DNA of 63,981 bases, counting the filler, from a bacterium (lineage in GTDB: Bacteria > UBA9089 > CG2-30-40-21 > SBAY01): the NCBI GenBank assembly GCA_040757115.1. It is 6 parts of 6 records of this genome, joined end to end, with 100 filler letters (N's around TTAATTAATTAA, not from the genome) between each part and the next. Parts side by side here need not be neighbours in the genome. Positions count along the whole stretch, not along the records: positions 1 to 25,630 come from JBFLYA010000034.1; 5 more parts are not named here. One strand, written 5' to 3'. Below, one piece after another: positions 9,842 to 19,314 of the stretch. Each line of letters starts with the position of its first letter. Positions within the stretch are counted from its first letter, which is position 1. The translations under genes and the position numbers were made by a program. Below the pieces are notes generated by a model. The model did not search any database, had not been told where the DNA came from, and worked only from the letters and a program-made list of their open reading frames with translations.

Positions 9842-11727
9842 TGTTATTTAAGAATTAAAAGTGAAGCGTTTTTAGTGGATTTAAGAATTAAAAGTGAACA
9901 CTTATGAAGAGCCGATATTCTCCCTTGCTGAATAGTTACCCCATAGATAAACAAGTCAATCGAATCTTTTTTCTTTTAGATTAAATGTCAATGAGAAGTT
10001 TGACAAAACTTATCCACATTCCGAAGCCTTGCTGGAATTCAAATCAAAAGCAAGTTAAGTGAAGTCCGTACCATCAATCGTCCACTACTACTTAAGCCTC
10101 CTGGAACTCCTTAACTAGCTCCAGGCTATTACCACCAAACGCCTATTAGGACTTCACTCTTACCCATGCTTAATTCCCAGGCTGAGGATTGTGGATAAGT
10201 TTCCCACCATAGCTTTAATGACCGGAAGTTAGGACTTATTTAGCCTAAGATTAGATAATGAATGACATTTTATCATCTTAGAGATGAATGACTTAGTTGG
10301 ACTGTCCATTAACTTATCCATAAGAGCATCAATTGCCTCACACTATCTACCATCTTAGCTCTTTACCAAGGACTCTATATCTGCTATAATTTAATATAAT
10401 CTAAAACAAAAAGGAGGTTTTTGATATGGCACAATTGCATAAGAAATTCACGGATAATGAGGTCAAAGAACTAATTGAACGCTATCTAAAAAAGGAACTT
10501 GGAAGAAGGTATCTTCAGAAAATTCTGGATATTGGTAAGGTAAGATTCTTTGCCTTAATAAAAAATTATCGTAATGCCCCTGATTTATTTTCAATTCAAT
10601 ATGCCAGAAAGATTAAAACTCGAAAGATACAGCCAGGCATTGAAGAAAATATCATCAAAGAGCTAAAGATTGAAAAAGAGCTTATTGACAATAAAGAGGT
10701 GCCTCTTAAATCTTATAACTATACCTATATCAAAGACCGGTTAGAGACTGAGTATCAACAAAAGGTCTCCTTGCCTACCATTATCAATAGAGCTAAAAAC
10801 AATGGTTTCTATTTGGAAAAGAAACCTAAAAAATCAACCCATGACCGTCAAGTATTAACCAATTATGCAGGGGAATTGATTCAACACGATTGCTCTTATC
10901 ATTTATGGTCGCCTCCAGCTAAAGAAAAATGGTATCTCATAACTTCTTTGGATGACTTTAGTCGCTTTATACTTTATGCTGCTCTACTAAAAAAAGAAAC
11001 ATCCTGGGCTCATATTCTTGCGGCTCAAACCGTTATCCTACAGTATGGTTCGCCTCTGTCTTACTATGTAGATAACCATTCTATCTTTAGATTTGTCCAG
11101 GAAAGAGATTCCCTCTATCGTAAACATCACCTTCTCACCGATGAAGTAGACCCTCAGTGGAAACAAGTCATGAACGATTGTAATGTCAAGGTAACCTATG
11201 CCTCATCTCCTCAAGCCAAAGGTAAAATCGAAAGACCTTATGCTTGGCTACAGGATAGACTTGTCCGAACCTGTGTTAGAGAAAATGTAACTGATATAAA
11301 AATCGCACAACACCTTCTTCTGAAAGAACTTCATAGATATAACTACCGCCAGATACATTCAACCACTCAAGAAGTCCCTTATCTTAGATTTCAAAATGCC
11401 TTAAAAAACAAACAGTCCCTCTTCAGAGACTTTAAAGTCAAACTGCCTTATTTATCTGTTAAAGATATTTTCTGCTTGAGAATTAACAGAACTGTAGATG
11501 CTTACAGAAAAATCTCCATTAATAACTTACAAATTAAAGTTAATGCTAACCCAAGAGAAACTGTAAATCTTCGTATCTCTCCCATAGATAACGATATATT
11601 AGAAATCAGATTCTGGTGTAATGATAAACTTATCGATGCCCAACGAATCAAACATACTGACCTTAAAAGTGTTCACTTTTAAATCTTAAATTTAACAAAA
11701 GTGTTCACTTTTAAATTTTAGCTAACA
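9842..11727 (+). mobile_element. IS1202-like (ISNCY) insertion sequence
   Basis: TGT...ACA ends, each with two copies of TTAAAAGTGAA(CAC) in inverted orientation; no target duplication seen. Confidence 0.8.
10426..11682 (+). CDS. DDE transposase, IS1202/IS481-like
   Basis: GELIQHD.S.H.W, LDDFSR, YVDNHSIF and SPQAKGKIER..WLQDRL. Confidence 0.9.
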   Translation: MAQLHKKFTDNEVKELIERYLKKELGRRYLQKILDIGKVRFFALIKNYRNAPDLFSIQYARKIKTRKIQPGIEENIIKELKIEKELIDNKEVPLKSYNYTYIKDRLETEYQQKVSLPTIINRAKNNGFYLEKKPKKSTHDRQVLTNYAGELIQHDCSYHLWSPPAKEKWYLITSLDDFSRFILYAALLKKETSWAHILAAQTVILQYGSPLSYYVDNHSIFRFVQERDSLYRKHHLLTDEVDPQWKQVMNDCNVKVTYASSPQAKGKIERPYAWLQDRLVRTCVRENVTDIKIAQHLLLKELHRYNYRQIHSTTQEVPYLRFQNALKNKQSLFRDFKVKLPYLSVKDIFCLRINRTVDAYRKISINNLQIKVNANPRETVNLRISPIDNDILEIRFWCNDKLIDAQRIKHTDLKSVHF

Positions 11728-12450
11728 GTGTTTTTTTTCAATCTCTTTAGTCAGGATAATTGCCTCCGCAATTTCCCGCATCGACTTACGCATATTCATT
11801 GATTGATGTTGAATTCTTCGATACGCCTCTTCTTCTGAAAGCCGCCGTTCTTTCATCAGAATACCTTTGGCTTTTTCTACCAGTTTTCTGGTCTCCAATT
11901 CTTCCTGAATAATTTTAGTTTTAACCATCAAATTGGCATTTTCAATAGCTACTGCAGATTGATTTGCTACAGTGGTCAGGGTATCAATTTCACTTTTGGT
12001 GAATTTATGGGGGGTGGAGGTATAACTGGTCAAAGCTCCAATTACCTTTCCTTTAACACACAAAGGAACGCAAACTAAAGAAACCAACCCTTCTTTTTTA
12101 GCCATCTCTTTATATTTATAATCTTTTTCTTTAGTTACATCAAGCACGGTTATAGGCCTATTTTCTTTAACTACCTTGCCAGCAATTCCTTCTCCTATTT
12201 TTAGATTTGGTTTTTGATTATATGCCTCATAAAACTCCTTACTAATAGAATGAGTTGCTCGGATAACTAATTCTTGCTTTTCTTCATCCAAAAGCATTAA
12301 AGAGCATATTTTGGAAGACATTACTTCTGCGGTCACAGTGGTGATAAGACGGAGGATATCCTCTAAATAAAGGTTAGAGACAATCGCCTCACTTACCTTA
12401 GAGACAGCCTTTAATCGTTTAGCATAAGATAGTTTTGATGGACTTTCCAT
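11722..12450 (-). CDS. GAF-ANTAR one-component RNA-binding regulator
   Basis: GAF (GEGIAGKVV...SLVCVPL...VIGAL) followed by ANTAR (LETRKLVEKAKGILM...SEEEAY..IQ..SM..RKSMREIAEAI). Confidence 0.93.
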   Translation of the reverse strand: MESPSKLSYAKRLKAVSKVSEAIVSNLYLEDILRLITTVTAEVMSSKICSLMLLDEEKQELVIRATHSISKEFYEAYNQKPNLKIGEGIAGKVVKENRPITVLDVTKEKDYKYKEMAKKEGLVSLVCVPLCVKGKVIGALTSYTSTPHKFTKSEIDTLTTVANQSAVAIENANLMVKTKIIQEELETRKLVEKAKGILMKERRLSEEEAYRRIQHQSMNMRKSMREIAEAIILTKEIEKKHC

Positions 12451-12502
12451 TTAAGATTTACTTCCTTTCACCAGTAGGAACGCTCTCTCTCGTCAAACGA
12501 AA

Positions 12503-13237
12503 CTACTTCTCAAATATAGGTGGTAACATCCTTTTATGCTGGGAGGTTTCGATTAACCTCTTGACATTAGTAACAATATCCGGTTGAAAATTTAGAGGCT
12601 CACCAGACTCTAATGCTCTAAGTATTTTATCCAGATTTTCGTAGGTAATACCTAATTCCCCTTCATCTGTCTGTCCTTCCCATAATCCCGCTGTCGGCAC
12701 TCGGGTTAGAATCTCTTCTGGAATATCCAGTTCTTTAGCCAATTCTCTAACTTCTGTCTTTAACAATCCACCAATGGGCAGAATATCTACGCCACCATCC
12801 CCATATTTGGTAAAATAACCAACCATAATCTCGGATTTATTGCCGGTTCCTGCAACCAGATAGTTAAGACAATTAGCCACATAGTAAAGAGTCATCATCC
12901 TCAATCGTGGCTTGAGGTTAGCTAAAGATAGTTTATTATCTTCAGGCATACCAGCACCTTCTAATGCTCTTGTTATTGTTTGGTAGATAGCGTCTAATTC
13001 TATCCTTTTGGTTTTAATCTTCAGTCTTTGGGCTATCAATCTGGCGTGGTCTTCATCTGTGCTGGAACTGAAACAGGGCATTATTAACCCCAGAACATTA
13101 TCTCCCACAGCCTTTTTTGATAGAGTCGCTGTGACTGCCGAATCAATTCCACCACTCAATCCTACAACGATGCCTTGAGCACCTGCCTTTTCTACTTCAA
13201 TCTTAATCCATTTGCTTATTTCGTCTGATAGTATCAT
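12503..13237 (-). CDS. nadE: NH3-dependent NAD+ synthetase
   Basis: GLSGGIDSAV, NLKPRLRM, GTGNKSE...GYFTKYGDG and PTAGLWEGQTDE. Confidence 0.95.
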   Translation of the reverse strand: MILSDEISKWIKIEVEKAGAQGIVVGLSGGIDSAVTATLSKKAVGDNVLGLIMPCFSSSTDEDHARLIAQRLKIKTKRIELDAIYQTITRALEGAGMPEDNKLSLANLKPRLRMMTLYYVANCLNYLVAGTGNKSEIMVGYFTKYGDGGVDILPIGGLLKTEVRELAKELDIPEEILTRVPTAGLWEGQTDEGELGITYENLDKILRALESGEPLNFQPDIVTNVKRLIETSQHKRMLPPIFEK

Positions 13238-13247
13238 TTTTTCCCCC

Positions 13248-13594
13248 TTTCCCCTGAAAATAGCGAATTAGTGAATTAGAGATTAGCGAATTAGTATAGT
13301 ATCCACAGACTCGTATCCTCTGGTGTAGAACAGATATTCCCCCTTAATAAAGGGGGTTAGGGGGTTGTTCTTCCATTATTTTCATCCCCCTTTGTGAGCC
13401 GCAGACTCATGACCCTTTCTCCTGAAAATAATCCGCAGATTTCGTAGATTACACAGATTTTTATTTTTTTATCTCCCCGCTGGCGGGGGATTAAGGGGTT
13501 AGGGGATTCTTTTATTCCCGAATCCCGAGCCCCGAGTCCCTTAATTTTCATTATCCTTTGTGAACCAACGGTTCATGCCTATTTCCCTTGAAAA
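13248..13594 (-). repeat. Array: site - module C - site - module B - half-site
   Basis: Sites at 13544-13594 and 13378-13428, half-site at 13248-13260; module B (13261-13377) nearly identical to 28611-28727. Confidence 0.85.
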
Positions 13595-13613
13595 GCAATG
13601 GTAATTTTCGCTT

Positions 13614-14105
13614 TTATATTCTTGTTGTTTTTCGAATTTCCAGGAGAGCTTCTAATCCTTTGATAACTGTAATATCTTTTTGTCGTCTAATTGATTTTTT
13701 GGCTTTAATCAATCCTTCTATTGTCAACACATTACATTCCATTCCGTAAATCTCCATTGTTTCAGAATGGTTAAGGACATCATCATAATAACCAATTCCT
13801 TGAACTTCTCCGATTAAGTCAATGTCTCCGATGTCAGTTGAAAATGTAAAATTCAATCCCATCTTAAGTGTTTTTGCATCAAAAATAAATGGTAAATCCT
13901 TTTCTGTACTTCTTAAATATGGATGGTATGGCAAAAGGGCTTTTACAATATTTTCTAAATTTTCCTTATCACGAGCATAACAGATATCAATATCTTCGGT
14001 TAAATGCACTACACCTTGAAGGATTGATGCCTGGCCACCAATTATTATAAACTTTACATTAAATAACTTTAGGTGAGATAGTATTTTCTTAACATCCATT
14101 ATCAT
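13614..14105 (-). CDS. Nucleotidyltransferase-fold protein (possible toxin)
   Basis: VKFIIIGGQA...TEDIDI motif; LI.AKK..RR.KD C-terminus. Confidence 0.75.
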   Translation of the reverse strand: MIMDVKKILSHLKLFNVKFIIIGGQASILQGVVHLTEDIDICYARDKENLENIVKALLPYHPYLRSTEKDLPFIFDAKTLKMGLNFTFSTDIGDIDLIGEVQGIGYYDDVLNHSETMEIYGMECNVLTIEGLIKAKKSIRRQKDITVIKGLEALLEIRKTTRI

Positions 14106-14344
14106 AACACAACTTTATCCTTATAGTAATAAGGTCTGCCCATTCTGTGAAGATTTTTTCTCGCTTCTTCTAAAAACTCTAACATTTGTCTATGTATTTC
14201 CATGCGTTGGGTAGGAGATAATTGGACGCTTTCATACAACAGTGTTACATCAATTCCAAAATCAATCGCTTCCTGAATAGAGTTTTTGGCATTATATTCA
14301 TAACTTGCGGTTATATCCTCAAATTCTCTTCCCCTCTCTATCAT
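14102..14344 (-). CDS. Small hypothetical protein coupled to the nucleotidyltransferase (possible antitoxin)
   Basis: 80 aa; GIDVTLL..S.QLSPTQR motif; 4-bp overlap. Confidence 0.55.
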   Translation of the reverse strand: MIERGREFEDITASYEYNAKNSIQEAIDFGIDVTLLYESVQLSPTQRMEIHRQMLEFLEEARKNLHRMGRPYYYKDKVVL

Positions 14345-14364
14345 TTTACATAACCCCCTAACCC

Positions 14365-15687
14365 TTATAGCATCGGCAAATATCTATCTATTTCATGGGA
14401 AGTAACCTGGATTCTATCATTATCCCATTCTTTCATTTTATTATGGAGGAATCTGGTAAAGATGTGTTCACCAAAGGTTTCTTTGACCAATCGGCTTTTT
14501 TCAGTCTCTTGTAAGGCTTCAAATAAATTCCCTGGCAGATGTTTTAATTTTCTATATTCGCGTTCTTCTGGTTCCATGTGGTAGAGGTTGGGTTCAACTG
14601 GTGGAGGAAGTTCGTATTTATTCTTAATCCCTTCTAATCCAGCCGCCAACATCACGGCGAAGGCAAGATATGGGTTACAGGCGGGGTCTGGACAGCGCAG
14701 TTCTGCCCGTGTGGCTTGCTCACTGCCTGGCCGATACATCGGCACACGAATAAGTGCCGTTCGATTGCGGTGAGCCCAGGAAATATAGACCGGAGCTTCA
14801 TAGCCAGGCACTAACCTTTTATAAGAATTTACCCATTGGGATAAAATAGAGCATATTTCGCGGGCATGTTTTAATTGACCAGCAATAAAAGACTTCGCTG
14901 TCACAGACAGATTATGTTCATCGTTTGGGTCAAAAAAGGCGTTCTTTGTGCCCTGAAATAAAGATTGGTGAGTATGCATGCCCGAACCATTTACCCCAAA
15001 CACGGGTTTAGGCATAAAGGTAGCATAAACACCTTCCTGCTGAGCAATCTCCTTTACCACCATCCGATAGGTCATAGTATAGTCAGCCATAGTAAGTGCA
15101 TCTTGATACCTCAAATCTATTTCATGTTGAGATGGTGCTACCTCATGATGTGAAGTCTCAACCGGGATACCCATCTCTTCTAATACCTTGACTGTCTTTT
15201 TTCTAAGTCGATTAGCCAGGTCATAAGGCACTATATCAAAATATCCACCTTCGTCTAACCCTTTTGCTTCCTTGTTAGATTTAAAATAAAAATATTCCAA
15301 TTCAGGCCCAATATAGTAGGTAAATCCTAACTCTGCGGCTTCCTTAATGACCTTTTTTAAGACATATCTTGGGTCTCCTGGATATGGGGAACCATCAGGA
15401 TTAAGAATATCACAAAACATCCTGCCAACAGGTTCTTCTACAGGTTCCCATGGTAACAACTGAAATGTTTCTGGTTCAGGTTTAGCCAGAATATCACTCT
15501 CTTCAGCCTCAGCAAATCCAGTAATCGATGACCCATCAAAACCCTTTCCGTGTTCAAATGCCGATTCAACCTCTCTATCGGTTATAGTTACACATTTAAG
15601 GAAACCAAGCACATCGGTGAACCAGAGTTGAATATTTTTGACATTCTTCTCCTTTATAATCTTTAAAACTTTATCTACCTCTTTCAT
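14365..15687 (-). CDS. glnA: Glutamine synthetase type I (copy 2)
   Basis: Same full GS-I motif set as copy 1. Confidence 0.93.
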   Translation of the reverse strand: MKEVDKVLKIIKEKNVKNIQLWFTDVLGFLKCVTITDREVESAFEHGKGFDGSSITGFAEAEESDILAKPEPETFQLLPWEPVEEPVGRMFCDILNPDGSPYPGDPRYVLKKVIKEAAELGFTYYIGPELEYFYFKSNKEAKGLDEGGYFDIVPYDLANRLRKKTVKVLEEMGIPVETSHHEVAPSQHEIDLRYQDALTMADYTMTYRMVVKEIAQQEGVYATFMPKPVFGVNGSGMHTHQSLFQGTKNAFFDPNDEHNLSVTAKSFIAGQLKHAREICSILSQWVNSYKRLVPGYEAPVYISWAHRNRTALIRVPMYRPGSEQATRAELRCPDPACNPYLAFAVMLAAGLEGIKNKYELPPPVEPNLYHMEPEEREYRKLKHLPGNLFEALQETEKSRLVKETFGEHIFTRFLHNKMKEWDNDRIQVTSHEIDRYLPML

Positions 15688-15785
15688 TGATACACACTCC
15701 TTTATAAAAGATATGGGAATCTGTTTATCTTCCCGAAATCGCCTTTATTTGAATAAAAACAAGGCGGCGAAGAAACTATGTTCTA

Positions 15786-16142
15786 TCAATCAACTTCTCG
15801 TGGCATTATAAGCAACTGGATTCCACCTAAAATTTCCTGTATGCGATTGGGTGAAAGAGTACCGATTTTTTCTACAAGATCGGATTTATCCACCGTAACA
15901 AGATGGGAAATGTTTACAACACTCTGTTTGGGAAGATTTGCCTCACCTTTTGAAAGTAAAACGTTGCCTGGTACTTTTGCCCGCTTCAAATTAGATGTCA
16001 GTGTGCAGACTACCACTGTATTTATACGACTACGATTGAATAGATTGTTCTGAATAACAACATGCGGATGCCGATAGCCAGGTGCAGAGCCGGATGGTTC
16101 ACCAAGTTCAACCCAAAAGACATCCCCTTGATTTATCACCAT
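15786..16142 (-). CDS. mazF: PemK/MazF-family toxin
   Basis: QGDVFWV.LGEPSGS.PGYRHP.VVIQ...FNRSRINTVVV..LTSN. Confidence 0.9.
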   Translation of the reverse strand: MVINQGDVFWVELGEPSGSAPGYRHPHVVIQNNLFNRSRINTVVVCTLTSNLKRAKVPGNVLLSKGEANLPKQSVVNISHLVTVDKSDLVEKIGTLSPNRIQEILGGIQLLIMPREVD

Positions 16143-16390
16143 TGCCCCCTCACAAGTCGCTTATGCCTGGCTCGAACATTCTTTTCATATTTTCTCTCAG
16201 CTAAATCAGGTGCATCTCCATAGGCATCATTGAGTTGTTGAAGAAGTTGTTGATTCTGTTGTCGCTGGAGAAAATCCTTCACCGCCATTGCAACTAAATG
16301 ACTGCGAGATACATTCATCCTCTGTGCCAGCGATTCTATCCCTTCAAAGAGAGATTTCTGAATTGAAATTGCAGTTTTAACATTTGCCAT
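16136..16390 (-). CDS. Ribbon-helix-helix antitoxin (MazF partner)
   Basis: MANVKTAISI..SLF...LA..MNVSRS.L; start moved to the ATG at 16390 behind GAGGA. Confidence 0.8.
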   Translation of the reverse strand: MANVKTAISIQKSLFEGIESLAQRMNVSRSHLVAMAVKDFLQRQQNQQLLQQLNDAYGDAPDLAERKYEKNVRARHKRLVRGQW

Positions 16391-16798
16391 TTTGTTATAT
16401 CCTCTTTCCTCCCATAAACATAACATACCCAATTGATAGGAATTGCTTTTTTAGTATTTTGGATTATTATGTCCATTTCTTGCACATTCTAACGATATTT
16501 TACCAAAAATTTTATCATAAGTCAATAGAAAAGTGAGAAAGAGAATAAACAGTAGTAATAGTAGAGCTTGAATATCTGTTTCTTGCATTTTATTTAAACC
16601 TATTTCACAGGTCGAAATTCATTCCAAAAACAACAAAAAATGTAACCTTTTTCGAGAGGGGGGAGGGGGATGGCGTTTGTAAGTCGTCGTAAATATCGAG
16701 TTGAAATTTTAAAGATAGAAGTGTACTGTTTCTTTCCCACAACAGGTCGGATGAATATCTCACCCGACCTGTCGATATTTTTTTTGTTCTGGCTAAGT

Positions 16799-18391
16799 CT
16801 ATCCTTCTAAAATTTTCTCTGCTTCTTCACGGTAAGCATCCATTAAATACGGAATACCGGTAACCTTAGTGCATTCTTCCGTCAACGACATCAGTTCGTC
16901 TCTGGTAATAGCATTGATATTGAAGCAGCGAGCTCCAGCCATAAGCTGTTGTAAGCCCACTTTAATCTTCTGTGAATAGCTGTAAATGCCAAGTGCGCCA
17001 AGAGGAAGTTTCTTCATCTCATCTTTGCCCAGCATATTCGTTACTTCCTCATAGCAAACGAAGATTTCATCAATGGTAGTGCCAAACTCGCTGACAGTTT
17101 TTGGCAGGTCATCTTTCTCAATCCATTCGGCGATATTCTTGCCCACCATTCCAGGAATCATCAGTGCTCTACCCATACATACGGCTTTGACAAACGGAGC
17201 ACCTAAAGCTAATGCCTTAAATACGCCATCTTCGCTGGAAAATCCACCAGCAAAAGCAATATCTGGCACTCTTTCGCCTTTATCCGCTAATTTCTTGCAA
17301 AATTCATAGGTAGCGGCATGTAAATAGAGAGATGGCATACCCCATTCTTCCATCATCCGCCAGGGACTCATACCCGTTCCACCTGGGGCACCATCAATGG
17401 TAAGCAAATCAATCTTAGCTTTGGCTCCCCACTTTATTGCCATAGCCAATTCACGCAAGCCATAGGCACCAGTTTTCAGGGTAATTCTCTTAAATCCTAT
17501 CTTGCGTAATCGTTCTACTTCAGCATAGAATTCTTCTTCTCCGATAAACCCAAGTCGGCTGTGCCGCTCAAATTCCTTAATCGCTTTATCCCTGAATGCC
17601 GCTTGAATCACCGGGTCTGATGGGTCAGGGGTAACAATGTATCCCCGTTTTTGTAATTCCTGCGCCCGTTCTAAACTCTTTACCTTGATTTCGCCACCAA
17701 TACACTTGGCACCCTGTCCCCATTTAAGCTCAATGGTCTCAAGACCATGTTTCTTATGAACATACTCAGCTACCCCCAGTCGGGTATCTTCTACATTCAT
17801 CTGAACCAATATCTCACCATAGCCTCGATGATACCGTTTATAGATTTCAATCCGTCTATCCATATCCGGTGCATTAACAATCTTCTTATTGGCATCTAAT
17901 TCCAATTGTGGGTCAATACCACAAACATTTTCTCCACAAACTAATGTTACGCCACTGATAGCGGCGCCAACCGCAAAGTGTTCCCAATTGCGACGGGCAA
18001 TTTCAGTTGAACCAAGTGCCCCTGTAAAAATAGGCACCTGCATCTTAACTTTAATATCCCATCCATATTCGGTCTCTGTATTGACTGCGGGAAAGGTAGC
18101 TGTATCCGGGTCTCCAATTACTCCCTTTGGTAATCCTTTAGCACCCAAAGCATAACCCTGAATATTGAGATGTGAATAATCAACCGGGTAGTTTTTATCA
18201 CCACCTGCAGTTATTTCACCAAACGGACCTGGATAGATAACCTCTCTGCCACGAAAGCTTGATTTAAACACCTCGCAGTTGCCTCGACAACCATCTATAC
18301 AGCGGGTACACAAGCCACTCATTGGAACTACACTTCGAGAACGATTGGAAGTTCTGGTGGCATCATTAGCATTTGGTTGTTGTAAATTCAT
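16799..18391 (-). CDS. Stand-alone FMN-binding glutamate synthase family protein
   Basis: IELKWGQGAK, LKTGAY, TIDGAPGGTG, FAGG and MGRA motifs; N-terminal CxxCxxxCxxxC. Confidence 0.88.
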   Translation of the reverse strand: MNLQQPNANDATRTSNRSRSVVPMSGLCTRCIDGCRGNCEVFKSSFRGREVIYPGPFGEITAGGDKNYPVDYSHLNIQGYALGAKGLPKGVIGDPDTATFPAVNTETEYGWDIKVKMQVPIFTGALGSTEIARRNWEHFAVGAAISGVTLVCGENVCGIDPQLELDANKKIVNAPDMDRRIEIYKRYHRGYGEILVQMNVEDTRLGVAEYVHKKHGLETIELKWGQGAKCIGGEIKVKSLERAQELQKRGYIVTPDPSDPVIQAAFRDKAIKEFERHSRLGFIGEEEFYAEVERLRKIGFKRITLKTGAYGLRELAMAIKWGAKAKIDLLTIDGAPGGTGMSPWRMMEEWGMPSLYLHAATYEFCKKLADKGERVPDIAFAGGFSSEDGVFKALALGAPFVKAVCMGRALMIPGMVGKNIAEWIEKDDLPKTVSEFGTTIDEIFVCYEEVTNMLGKDEMKKLPLGALGIYSYSQKIKVGLQQLMAGARCFNINAITRDELMSLTEECTKVTGIPYLMDAYREEAEKILEG

Positions 18392-18422
18392 TTCTTAACC
18401 TCCTTGTGAGTCAACACCTTAT

Positions 18423-18517
18423 AAAAAAACAAAAAAGGTGTCCTATCTCTTGTTAATTGTTTAGTTAGACACCTTTGTCTTTTGATTCAATAAATCTCTC
18501 TAATACGCCATTGTATC
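18423..18517 (-). promoter_or_regulatory. ANTAR dual-hairpin target overlapping an intrinsic terminator
   Basis: Minus strand: P1 ATAC-AATGGC-GTAT, P2 AGAC-AAAGGT-GTCT; terminator AAAGGTGTC...GACACCTTT plus T-tract uses P2 as its 5' arm. Confidence 0.88.
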
Positions 18518-18529
18518 AGACTATAAAAT

Positions 18530-18558
18530 ATGATAGCATAAGATTAAAATTTTGTCAA
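18530..18558 (-). promoter_or_regulatory. sigma70 promoter of the nitrogen cluster
   Basis: TTGACA-17 bp-TATCAT with an extended -10 TG. Confidence 0.75.
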
Positions 18559-18572
18559 GTGTTTTTTTGCCG

Positions 18573-19231
18573 GTAACTATTCACCACGAAGAGCACGAAG
18601 GACACAAAATGGAATTTAATGTCTTGTAATTTTCGGTAGTGTCTGACAATAACTACAATTTTTTGTAAGGGTTCAGGTAGGATAAAAATAAGGAGAAAGG
18701 GAGAAGATGGAGAAGTGGAGAAAAGAAGAGCTGGACTTTCGTAAATTTTATGCTACTTCTAAAGTTCTCTTTATCCTTATCAATCTGTTTATTTTGCTCA
18801 AAGATGGCAAAATTAGGCTCCAAAGCCTGATGATTTTTTTGCAACTTATCCTTTGAAGTTGAGTTGATAAAAAATGCTTTACTTATTTTCTTCCCTTTGT
18901 GCCCTTTGCGTTACTACTTTGTGCCCTTTGCGATTTATCCTTTTTTAATCGCGAAGAACGCAAAGAAATCGACCGCAAAGAACGCAAAGATTAAAGGAGA
19001 AAGGAATCATAGAAAATTCACGAAACTCCAGGATAAGTGGGAAGTATTATAATCAGGTTAGAGCATACATTAGAGCAGTGGATAAAGAAATAGGGTTACT
19101 GGTAAATTTCGCAGACTCCAGGATTGATGTCCGAAGGGTGAAGCAAGAAAAAGTTTGAGCCATTTCTCCAATTCTCCCTTTTCCCCATTTCTCCTTGTTT
19201 ACACTTCTAATGTATAGCCCTGAACGGTTAC
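18573..19231. mobile_element. Composite of non-autonomous elements with GTAA outer ends
   Basis: GTAACTATTCACCACG left end, TGAACGGTTAC right end, internal repeat hairpins; no matching target duplication. Confidence 0.55.
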
Positions 19232-19314
19232 AAGATATTTTTAAAAAATTCTCGGTCAGCCTCTTGACAGCTATAAACTTTTATGATAAAGTAGTTCTAA
19301 GGAGCAATGATATT

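Noticed and set aside
9900-10420. Chromosomal oriC
   Set aside because: Only three boxes, located inside IS ends, with no dnaA/dnaN context.
13248-13594. CRISPR interpretation of the 50-51-bp site arrays
   Set aside because: At most two full repeats per locus, divergent repeats, intervening modules that recur elsewhere and vary from about 40 to 120 bp, and no cas genes.
15700-15790. Second ANTAR target or glutamine riboswitch upstream of glnA copy 2
   Set aside because: Hairpins are present, but no clean pair of hexaloop stems with an overlapping terminator; at best a degenerate remnant.
15786-16493. mazEF as an integron cassette
   Set aside because: GTTAGAA occurs upstream, but no complementary R'' or attC follows mazF.
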